In this document: piece by piece, positions 50,908 to 61,974 of the stretch | Layout of the letters: every line of letters begins with the position of its first letter | Position numbering within the stretch: position 1 is the stretch's first letter | DNA from: Lama glama | Taxonomy: Eukaryota | Direction: 5' to 3' | DNA: 64,000 nt | Assembly: GCA_028534125.1 (NCBI GenBank) | Contig: CM052817.1 | Coordinates: forward strand, 3,660,001 to 3,724,000 | Position numbers and translations under genes: made by a program | The notes under the pieces: model-generated | Databases searched by the model: none | Seen by the model: the letters and a program-made list of their open reading frames with translations, nothing else | What the model was told of the DNA's origin: nothing

Positions 50908-52450
50908 GCTCACTGAAAAGTGTAAGATGAGCATGAAGCATCTTCTGTGCTAGAGAGAAAGTGCTCAAAGTAATACGGGGACAAGCAGCCAGATGGAAAG
51001 GGGTCTCCCTGGCTAAATTTGAAACAATGCAATCATCAAAATAAGTAATCAGAACAGGGGATTATAACCATTAAGTAAGACAGAAATCCACGAGCCCAAA
51101 TGGATGTGGATAAAAACAAATCCACAAAAGAGGGAGGAAGGAAAATTCTCAGAGTATACCCTAGTAAGAAAGACTGATGGAGTTAGGAATTAATAAAGCA
51201 CGTGGGGGAAAGGTAGATGAAGAAAACGATTTTTACATAGTTTGAAAGTCTCTCCCACAAGTTTCTCGTTAATTCCAAAGGCAAAAAATAGATGACATTA
51301 CAGTGGAGAAACCTCCCTAGACAAGCAATCAGAGCTGGCATCCGCAGTGTCAGGTCGGACAGCACGTGTGGCCTGCTCTGAGGCTGGGAACCACAAACCA
51401 TGTCCATAGTGTTACCAAAAATGCATTGCCAAATCTAACCCTGAGGAAACGCAGACACACCCATTCTGGGGGATAGCCTATGAAACAATGACTCTGACTC
51501 TAAAAATGTCAGTGACACAGGTGGACAAAAAAATGCTGCCTGCCATTCCGGTAAACAAGGAATGCTGCTGCCATCTCTCAGCCACTGCAGCCAACCCGAC
51601 AGTGCGCCCTGAGGGGACTCAGGATGGAAGAAACCGGGATGCTGGCCCTAGATTCCTATTAAAGGAATAATTTCAACCAATCAAGACTCCTGAGTCTCGT
51701 CATACATAGGGAAGAACGAAAACCATTACCTTGCGATGTCTGATTTTTTGTGATTAGCAGTAATCTTTTGATGTTCAACTAAATAGGTTTTTTTTTTTCC
51801 ATTTTGATTTTGTTTTTCAGCAAAAACTCCTACATATCCTGGCTCCTCCCTTATCTCTTTGGAACAGTCCCTTCAGAGTTATCCAGAGGCTGCCTTCCTG
51901 GGCTACTACGGTCCTTAGTAATGTCCTCTAGTAAAACATAATTCTCAACTTCTAGGTGCTTTTTTTCCCCCCAGAGGACAAAGAAAGGTGAAGAATTTTC
52001 CAGGTTAAAAAGAGACTAAAGAGACCTAGTGATTAAATGCAATGGGTGGATCTTGTATCATATCCCGGACAACGGGGGGAAAAGGTATAAAGACCAGACT
52101 GTTGGACCAACTGATGCAATTTGAACATAGACGATGGTGTAGAACAGCATTGGGTTAGTATCAAGTTTCCTGAGCTTGGTAACAAGAGAATGCTCTTGTT
52201 CTTGGGAAATATACTGATATTTTTAGCGGAAAGGGGCATCATAGCTCCAAGTGATTCTTCTAATGCTTCCAAAAAATTCTTATACACTTATACAGAATAT
52301 ACACCACACTCAGAATGAATAAAGCAAATGGAGTAAAATGTCAAAAGCTAGTGAATCTGGGTAAAGGTTATATGGGAGTTCCTCACATTTTCCTTGCAGT
52401 GTCTCATTAAGTTTGAAATTATTTCAAAATAAAGTTACAAAAACTTTCAA
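50908..52450 (+). mobile_element. L1MC3-type LINE-1 3' region, interrupted by an LTR
   Basis: GAAGCATCTT...AAGTGCTCAAA...ATCAAAATAAGTAAT...GGATTATAACC; resumes after the LTR with GACAAAGAAAG...AGAGACTAAAGAGAC...TAAATGCAATG and ends AAGTTTGAAATTATTTCAAAATAAAGTT. Confidence 0.7.
51522..51973 (+). mobile_element. Solo LTR, probably ERV1 class, nested in the L1
   Basis: TG...CA ends, ~452 bp, near-TSD CAGG/GAGG; internal GCCCTGAGGGGACTCAGGATG and CTCCTCCCTTATCTCTTTGGAACAGT resemble laurasiatherian ERV1 LTRs; L1 sequence is continuous across it. Confidence 0.6.
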
Positions 52451-55400
52451 AAAAGGTTTCTTGGTATTTGTCCTTGCTTGTCTGTTGTGGTTGTAACAGA
52501 ATCCATTTCAGAAGTGGTTCCATACCCCAAGGCAATTTCTATTTACATTTGTAAGAAGTGAATTTTGAGGTGTCCCCAGGCCCAACCTGTTTAGCATCCA
52601 ACATTTGGCCAGTGGTCAAAGACTAATGCAATTAAAACCGGGCTAAAACCTCGGGCACCCAGAAGGATTCTAAGAACTTGGGCACCCAGAACTTGTGTTC
52701 ACTAATGGTTCACATTTTGCTAAAGAGGAGGTGCCTCTGAGGAACCAAACTGGGTGTAGGGGGCAAAAGGTGAGGAAACGAAATGCACCTAAGGAAGGGA
52801 GGGGCCAGAAATGAGGGGGACACCTCCCAAAGAACCCTGGCCTTACTCTGGGGGTCGGGAGTTGCTGAGGGGCTAGAGGGTAGCAGTAGAGAACCACACA
52901 GAAGCCACCAGGTGTGGGGAGACTCAAAAGAAGTCTGGGCACCTGAGCGTAAACGGTGGTGCTGACTCTGAGCTGGGGCCAGCAGGAGGTGAACCAAGAG
53001 AAACAGAAACCTTGATGTCTCCGTCCACTGCTAAGGCTTCATAATTTCATACAAATGTAGTGCAGACAAAGTTTATCAAAAACCAAAGTTGCATAATTAT
53101 TTTTAGTTTAAAAGCTTAAGCTATACATGATTGGCCATTGACTTTCGAAAGGTTTGTAAAAGGTATCTCTGGATATTCTATTTTTTGTGGGTAAGAAGCT
53201 GAAGTCACTACAAGCACCAGGAGCTCTGAGCTGAAGGAATCCCTCCCTAGTTTCAGCTGCTGTGTCGGCACAGGGAGCAGGGAGCCCAGCAAGAGAAAGG
53301 TTCCGGCCCCTTGCTCCCCTTTCAGGTGGAGGGTTGCGGGGAGCCAGGCATGGAGCTGGGTGCTGGGCCCAGGAGGCAAGCAGAGCCAAGGACCCTCCTC
53401 TGCCCATCACAGGACCCAACCCCAGTAGGGGCCGGATGCCATGAGAGCACAGCCCGCCCCATCCCTTTAACAGGGACCTGTGCTGTCTTCCTGACCAGAT
53501 CTCTGAAAGTGGTACCGCTCCTCCCCCGGCCAGGAGGGCCCGAGGGAAGACACGTCTGTGGACTGCCTGGGCTGTCCCTTCATGAGCTTTGTGACCACAG
53601 TGTTAGCCCAAGCCTGGGCCCTCAGATGCCTAAGAGAGTTCTCGTGCCCTGGGGAAGGCAGTGGTCACAGCCACCACCTCTGGTAGAACACGGGCTACGT
53701 GAGTCAAGCTTCCTATTGTATTAACTATTTCATACTTACCTGTCCCACCACCAGCTTAACAAGTCCTCACTAAACTCTGGGGTTACTCTGCAAAGCCTTC
53801 CCTGACGGGCTGCCACCAGCCCGGCCTCCAGGCTTAGGCTCCCAGACCAGCTGTTTCTAGAACACTCAGGAGTTATTTTGCGCCTGTTGGATGTGCTCTG
53901 TCTCTTCCCCTCTCCACACACCTTTCCCCTGGGGTGGGGTAGCCTAAAGGGTAGGGCAGAGTCACCCCTGCATTCCAGAATTCTACCCAGCAGGCAGCAG
54001 GTCACTCAACATGTGTCTGCTGGCAAATGGAGCAGCCACTGGATGCGTCTGCGAGAGAGGCAACAGCCTGGTGACAAGGAGGCAGGATGGGACCCCCACT
54101 ATACCCCAAGGCCAGTGGGAGTGGGCTGCCTCCAACGGTGGGGCACACACATGTGTATCGACGCAGGCTCAAGGCAAGAGGGACATATCTGGACAAATCA
54201 AGTCCCAGCACTGAGAATTAAACAGAGGTAACCTCTGAGCTGGGGTAGGAATTCCCCTGGAAAGAAGAGGCAATGGAAGGTGAGAGCTGGGGGGTGGGGT
54301 AGGTGGCAGAGCAGAACACCACAACCTGCTTCCCTGGCCTGACCCCTCCTGGGGGGAGGCAGCCAGCAGGGGTGAGTGACGGCGCCTGAGAACTCTCGCC
54401 AGTTGGGGTGAGAAGCAGTCATCAGGACCCCTCTGTTCTGCATCCCCAGTAAAAGGCCCTTGGGTGGGAGGGCTAGAATCCTTTGTTACATGGAGAACAG
54501 ACACTTCCTCTAGTGGCAGCGTTAGGGACCTCAGCTGTTGACCTCAATTCAGTCCCTGACGGAATAGGAAAACACTGGGACGGAGGATACTCTCACCTGC
54601 ACCGGAGGGGAATCCAACCACCAAGGGCTAATAAGTAATCAATGCCGTGTCTGGATGTGTCCCACTCCAATCCACAGGCCACAAGGACCGTCGTACCAAA
54701 ATGGTCCACATCAAGGTTCCCCGAGAGCCACCAGGACTCTGAATGATGGATCCTGCCCTGCACACAGGCACACACATGCCACCCCGGCACCCTCACCCCT
54801 ACAGACACCCCAACTGGGAGGGCATGGCTTAACTCTGGACTAGCCTTTCTTCCATGGTGCCCACTCAAATCCACTCAGATCCACCTTCCTTAGCTGGGGA
54901 GGGATGTGTGTGTGACGACTGCAGGGGAAGCACCTCAAGACTCTTTCAAAGATACACGGCAGGTGGCAGCACTTCTCCTGAGGGGCTAATTCTGGTGTCT
55001 AAGCCTCCGTGAGTCCTGCCCCAGAAGCACCTCCTGGAGGCTCCCTCAACAACCCACCGGGCCTCATCACTCAATGAATATTCTCTGAGGGTCTCAACTA
55101 TACTGAACAACAAAAACAGGCAGACCTACATGCTCAGAAACCTTCAGTCTCTTCTCAGGTTAACCCCAAATCTCTCGCCCCATACGGCCACAGTCCGGCC
55201 CCACTCCCGCCCCTCCTCCTCGCCTCTGTAAGGACCTACACACATCCTAGCGCACAGACGGCCCGGCGCACCCACACGTGCTGGTCCCACCTTTCTTCAG
55301 CTGTCCCTCAGCCACAGCTCCATGATCCAACAAGCCCTGGGCCCCTGCAAAACTCCAACGGCTTCTACCCTGATGCTAAGGCTGTCTCTTCGCACAGAGG

Positions 55401-58309
55401 TCACAAGGAGGTCAGGGCCATGTCCTGAAAGCAAAGATGGGTCACACCAGCCCTGCCCCCAAATATCCCTTCAACGGCTTCCACCTGCTCGTGGCACTGT
55501 CTCACATGCTGTTCCCTCTGCCCTCGAAGTTCCCTTGAAAGAGGAGCCAGGATGCCTGCCTCCCAGGGGAGTCATGAGGATTGAACGAGGCGCTGGTCCT
55601 TACGCACTGAGCGCGGGGACCTGCGCACACACCTGGCCCACAGACACTCCCTGCAGGGACTGAGCTCTAGAGAGCTGGGAGTGACTGTCCCCAGGTGCAA
55701 ACGCCCTCAGCTGAGCCAGCATCCTGTAATGGAAAGCAGGGCTTTCAAGAACCGTGGGCTGAAGGACAGTGACACGAGTCGGCGCCAGCCCCACCAGAGA
55801 CCTGTTGATAACGCCCAAGTGAGGGATCTTACAGTAATGCTGCAGAGGCCTCAGGAAATACACTCTGGGGGCTGTCAATGTTAAGCCACACCCAATAGAA
55901 GGGAAAAGCCTCACCCCCAAAAGCCTGAAGAAGGCAAAAGAGCCTGGAGCAAAAGGAGTCAGGGTCTCACAGCGGCACTTATCCCATGGCGTGTGAAATA
56001 TTTATTCTTGTCTCAGTAGGTCACAACTTAGAGGTGAAGATATGGGACGCCAATGACAAAGGAAGGTGAAAAATAACGGTGTGTCAGGTCCTGCCTGCAG
56101 CTCCCCCAAGAGGCTGGACTCGCACACGCTCGGCGGATGCCAGGCCACAAGAAACTAGCATTATTGGTTTTGGAGGCAAGATAGATCATTGACCCATTTA
56201 ACTGACAAAACAGACAAAACAGCCCTCACAAAGAACAGTCAAGTGTGACCTTGTACAGACTGTTACCAAAGCCTCCCTTCTCTTGGCCTCCTCCACACTC
56301 TAAGTCACCAGGATCCTCACTCCCAGAGGCGTATCCAGTGCGCCCCACAACAGGAGGTACAGAGAAGACTGATGGGGAGAGAGGCAAAGAGGGGCCGAGT
56401 GTGAGTGGGGAAAGCAAGACCTGAGGACCTGAACACCCCTCACCTCCTGACAAAAGGCTGGGCCCTGTGCTGGCCAGCACTGGGGCCACCGGCCACACGC
56501 GGTCACTGAGCACTTGAAATGTGTACGTTATCATGTTGAAATGAAATACTGGCTTCAACAACGCAAAGTGTCACAAAAAGACTGAAACAACCCAAGGATT
56601 CATGATCTATTCATATGCAACCTTAAAGGGTTGGGGGCACTTTCTGAACTATTTTTAAAGGGAAAAAGCAAGGTACATGTTAATATAAGGCAGGCCATGT
56701 AATCCCTGCATCTGTACTTGCTGGTATACGTACAAATTGTCTCTGGAAGAAGATATACACTGAAGCATTCACTGCCTCTAAGACGGATTATTGGGGGGCA
56801 AAAGGCACACGGTAGAAAGGAAATTTTTCATCATATACTCTTTTGTGCTCTTTGGATTCTGAACCGTGAAAATGTATCTATCACTTATTGAAAAAAGTTA
56901 AAAAGCCATTGCTAAATTAGGAATTCCTGACAATAAAAAATGAACTGTTTTTGCATTACTCCCATTCCCATCCTTCACATCAGAAAGGCTTCATCAAACC
57001 CTGGAGCAGTGCCTGGTTTTTCCACAAGTTATCAAGAGACCCTAGAGTTTACGGAGCTTGGTGAAAGCGTCTTAACCAGCAAAAAGCTGTAGAGAAAATG
57101 AAAATGTTCCGTGACTGTACCACTAACACACAAACAGAAAGCATTTTGGAAGAGAGAAGTGAAAACAGATGTTTATTCCGCTGCTTAAGCACAATCACTG
57201 TGCTTCTGTGACAAGTGCGAACCCTGAGAGGATCCCTGAGCAAGGCTACCTGCAGAGCCGCACCTGGGGGGCACCTGATCTCAGCTCACGTGGGTTACTC
57301 AACAGCTCAGCAGAGCAAGCACCTGCCCACCCTGTGCTTCAGAGGCCAAGCCAGAAACAGAGGCAGGTCCCAAGGCAAATGGTCTCGAGGTTAGGTAAGT
57401 TCCCAAGGTCATCCAGCGGGGACTCACACCCAGGCCCCTATCCAGAGCGGGAGGACCAGTGGAGTCGGCTCCAATAGACATGGCCCGACTGCCTCCCACT
57501 GCAAAGGAAGAATGGCTGGCTGCCATGCTCTGGAGGAACCCAGAGCCAGCAAGCGGGTAACAGGGCAGGGCAAACATGTTCCCATTCCACTCCCAACCTT
57601 CTCCTACAAAGAGCAAAGAAGCTGCGAGTGTATCGGGGGAGGAATATGAAAGACAAAGGCAAAGATGACCCAGAGGCCATGGACTTACTTACTGCTCCAT
57701 CACAGTTGGCCACCCTTGTTTTGGCAAACAGGGCTCAGGCAGACCCGCAGCCTTCCTGGTGAGAGGCCCCCAAGTCTGAGCCCCAGGGTTCCCAGCACTG
57801 GTGGCTTGAGCACTCATGTGCACCAAGAAAACCGCGAGGTGGGAGGTGGTAGAGAAGCTCCTTTCATCTGTTTCTGGCTGAGAGCAGCGTCAGAGGCTAT
57901 GAGGGGCCCTCCACTAACCAGCGGCGAGTGTCATCTTGGCCTCACGCTCTTCGTCTGGGACTGCGGATTGTGTGAACTATTCCTGGGGCCGACATGAACT
58001 GAGATATCACACAAGCCATCAGAGTGGGGTGTGTGCAGGGGCCATCAGCAGAGAGGACACACCAGTAGCCTGTGTTTCTGTCCACACAGTGTTTTTCAAT
58101 TTGAAATATTTATCAATGTATTTAAATATCGAGAAATCACAGCAAGCCCTGGGTGTCCGGCTTCTCTGGAAGTTTGGGAGGATCTGGCCTCACCGGGCCT
58201 GTGTTCCTGCAGGACCAGAAGGCAGCGCTGAGCGGGGGCCTCTGGCTGGGCCCCTCCGGTGCCCCACACGTCATCATTCCTACTTTAGCACTCCCATCGC
58301 CTGTGTGCA

Positions 58310-58465
58310 AGGTCAGGTCCCTGTTCTGGGGAGTTGTGAAGCTTATACAATTTGGGGAATCCTCTTCAAGAAAAAGGACCTAACTATGCACACAAAATTA
58401 GGTACCAGTGAGGGCTTCTGAACGTTAAGCATCATTAACGTTGTCATAAACCCAACTCTTATCTC
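58310..58465 (+). mobile_element. hAT-Tip100 (MER115/Zaphod-like) remnant
   Basis: TGAAGCTTATACAATTTGGGGAATCCTCTTCAAGAAAAAG...CAAAATTAGGTAC...TTAAGCATCATTA. Confidence 0.5.
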
Positions 58466-61457
58466 TGGCTTCTGAAACCTGGAACCAGGGACACCGGAGC
58501 TGCCGTGCTCACAAGTGATGAAACTCTAGCAGGCGAACCTCCAGCAAGGACTCGCATCCAACGTGCCCTCTGTTTTCAGACAAGCAATCACAGAGCCAAG
58601 GGACCAAGACCCTTTCTTGGGTCTGTGGTGGTGCTGTGAGGTTGAGCTCCTTACTTTCCTCTCCCCCCACCCCACAAACTTAGCTTTCCCAAGCTACGGA
58701 AACTGAAAGAAGGTGATTCCAGGAGCAATTAAAAATGCTCACTGAGGACAAAGGGCCACGAGATGCCGGACCTGGGTCCCTGCGCTAGCGTCCATCAAAG
58801 CTCTAAGCGGGCACTCAAATACATTCCTAGACACTATCAACCTGAGATTTTATTTGTCTTCGTCACCAGGACGTGAGGCTGTATCAGTGAATACTGTCTC
58901 TTCTATTTACTGTGGCGTGTCTGGAGTCTAAGAGTAGTGTCTAGAGTAGCTCCTGGCAAAGAGGAAACGACTCAATGCATGCTTTTTCAGGGAATTTTCA
59001 TAAAGATTACATGAGAACCATTCCTGCCCATTTAAAATAGAGGAAGCTAGGAGTCAGGGAGGCTGAGGAGTCCCGCCCAGACACACACAGCTGAACCAAG
59101 GCTGCAGAACCGAGGACGCAGAACCAAGGCTGCTCCCTGCCCATCTGTAATAAAGGCCATCTGGGAAGGTGTAGGGCAGCTGGATGGGAAGGACACAACC
59201 CTCCCTGACCTGGTGGAACAGGTTCCACAAGCCACGACGCTCATCAGGGATTTCTCAAAACTTCTCAGAGTCTGAAGAAATAAACCTCTGAAGTCCTCCT
59301 TGTTCAAGATGCTGTACGTGTAGACTCCCGTCTGTAATTCAGTAACTACCTGGGGCATCTTGCTCTTTACCTCCCGCCTCATTAACAAACTGTTAGCAAT
59401 TTCTGATTCCAAAGCAATCAGAAATAAGCAGAAACACGTAGCGTGATTCAGTTCCCTTGAGAACTGCCAGGCCCCGATGGGTATCTTCTCCACCATTTCC
59501 TGAATCCTAATTGCCTTTGGCAGAACACCTGTCAGGCACCTGGTCCTGCACCAGGCACTTCACACGCATTTAACGTGTGAATAAGAAACGTATTACAGTC
59601 ACCATTAAATTACCAGGGAACAGACACGGTGAGGTTAAGAAACTTGCTCCTGAAGGGGTATATAAATATACTCATCAGAGGCAGAGAGGGGGAAAATCTC
59701 CAACGATTCCTCTACAGCCCATTTCCAAGGTATTTTTTTCCAGATCTCCACCCCTCAAAAACTGACAGGCCCCACTGTCACGTATCCTTACACTAGGCCT
59801 CTGATTCTGCTCTGAAAACACAGGTCTAGAGGCTAGTCCACTTCAACTGTCCCAGAAACACGGAAGACAAAGCAGCAGTCTGCAAAGCAAACCTCCTGGG
59901 TGATCAAATCCCACCTACCCTGTGGGTATTAGGAAGGTGGGTAAGGAAGACACTCAGGTGTTATTACTGCGATCAACCGCTGCACCAAAAACCCCTAGTT
60001 TCACACACACATAAAAGTGCCCAAGAGCTAGAAGTATCTGGAGTCTCTCCTCTCTCAGAAAATGTTCCCGAAGAAGCATCTGATGCTAAACTGTCAATCC
60101 CTAAAAACAGTGCTGACAGTCAACTCAAGATGGGGCAGTGCGCATGCGTCTAACACAGGCCGGAGCGGTCCCGGCACACACACACAGTAGGCCCCTGCTA
60201 GATCACACCCATTTTCAACTGAGGACTATCCAAGTAAACAGCTCTGCCCAACGCGGGGCTGGGGGTTAAATCATACAAGTAGAAAGCTTGCTCCAGTTAA
60301 GTCTCCAATTACAAAATAAGAAAGGCAAGATTGCAACCACAAACCTGTCCATTAACAGGAGCGCAGGGGAGACAGCCATTGCATCCAGGGTAAGCACACA
60401 GCTCTGAAAGGACAGTCACAGAAGCACTGACCCTCCCCTTGAAACAGCCCTGGCCGCTGGAACCAGCATTCCAGGGAAGCACCATGGGCCCCTCGGAGCC
60501 CTGCTGCACACAGTCCAGAAAATTAAGGCACACAGGGCGGAGCGAACAGGCGGGAAAGGCGGGGTGGGGGCAGGGCTCTGACTCCTCGCTAGTCACAGAG
60601 GGAGGAATGCAGGCAGCCTGGAAAGCAAAGCTGAGGGACTGGTTCCAGTGCCCATCTCAGCACCCTGCGGAGACCCAGAGCCACAAAACCCGCAGGCACT
60701 GCTGGCCAAGAAGCACGGCAAAATCCTATCTGGAACAACCTTGTGTGTTTCCCACGTGCCAGACACTGCACTTTGTGAGAAGCGATCAGGTATTTAACAT
60801 GAGTCACAAACACAGTCACATAAATCTCTGTCCAAATACCTGCGTTAGAACCATCACTAGGGGATTCTCCCTCCATGACTTCAAATAGCGTTAAATAAGT
60901 TTGAAGGACAAGATCTAACTGACAATGTCAAGTTCTATAAAACTGATCTATTCTAAACCCACAAGAAGTTAGGATGGGCTGGCTGGCCCTCCGGGCAGGC
61001 ATCATTCAGTCCAGCGTCAACAATTAGCCCATGGTAGAAACAATCCTTCAGGTGCCCAGCCAGGGTCCTCTTTGTAATAATCAGCCCCCTCGTCCCCTTG
61101 AAAAAGAAAACCACCTGTTGGCGTGTTTGTATGTTTCCAACTGCACAAAAAGAAGTCTGACTGGAGACAGTCAGGAGATGGTTGTCTCTGGCAAGAGGAG
61201 GTGGTGAGGAACAAAGAGAGAAATATTACTTTTACATTATAAATTTCTGTATTGCTTTTTTGAAAATCAAACAGGCATGTTTTACCTTCGCAATTAAAAA
61301 GAAAACAAGACAGATGATCAAATATGGGCGCTAAGAGGGCACAAGAGTGGTACTGAGCACCTAGTCTGTACCAGACCCTGGGACCAGTGAACAGAAGTGA
61401 CAAACCCCTGTCCAGTGCAGCTGACACTAACCAACATAACCAACATACTCTGTAGTG

Positions 61458-61634
61458 CTGTGGACCCCAAAGTGGGCTGTCTGGACCAGAGGCAGCATCA
61501 CCAGGGAACTGACTAGAAATACAAGTTCTTGAGCCTGACCCAGATCTACTGAATGAGAAACTCTGGGGTGGGGCCCACAATCTCTAAAGAGCCCTCCAGG
61601 TGGCTCTGATGCTGCTTCAGTTTGAGAAGCACTG
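61458..61634 (+). mobile_element. MER5A hAT-Charlie DNA transposon
   Basis: CAGCATCACCAGGGAACT...TAGAAAT...CCCAGATCTACTGAAT.AGAAACTCTGGGGTGGGGCCCA...GCCCTCCAGGTG..TCTGATGC...AGTTTGAGAAGCACTG. Confidence 0.88.
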
Positions 61635-61974
61635 TTCTGACTATATTTATATACAAATTTCCTGCTATCCTACTTAAAACTTCTGGTCAAATTCCTCACT
61701 ACCCAAGGAGTACATGGCCATTTTTCGGTCTGGCAGGTGAATGCTGAGGGGGAGGGCAGAGCAATCACTCACAGCCTGACCACAGCGGAGTCAGAGGCCC
61801 GTCCCCGCCTCTTCAGCACAGTCTCCTTCTCAGGATGCTTCTCCTGCACTGTAGGCCCTACAGGTTCATGTTCCCATATCCTTCCAAATGCTTCCTCAAC
61901 CTGCAGTGTTCATGTTTTATAATTATACCTCAACAAAAAATAATTTCCAAAAATATCCATCATTTTAAAAATCA

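Noticed and set aside
61017..61580. 187-aa minus-strand ORF
   Set aside because: Starts inside MER5A and continues through AT-rich repeat-like sequence; no protein family signal.
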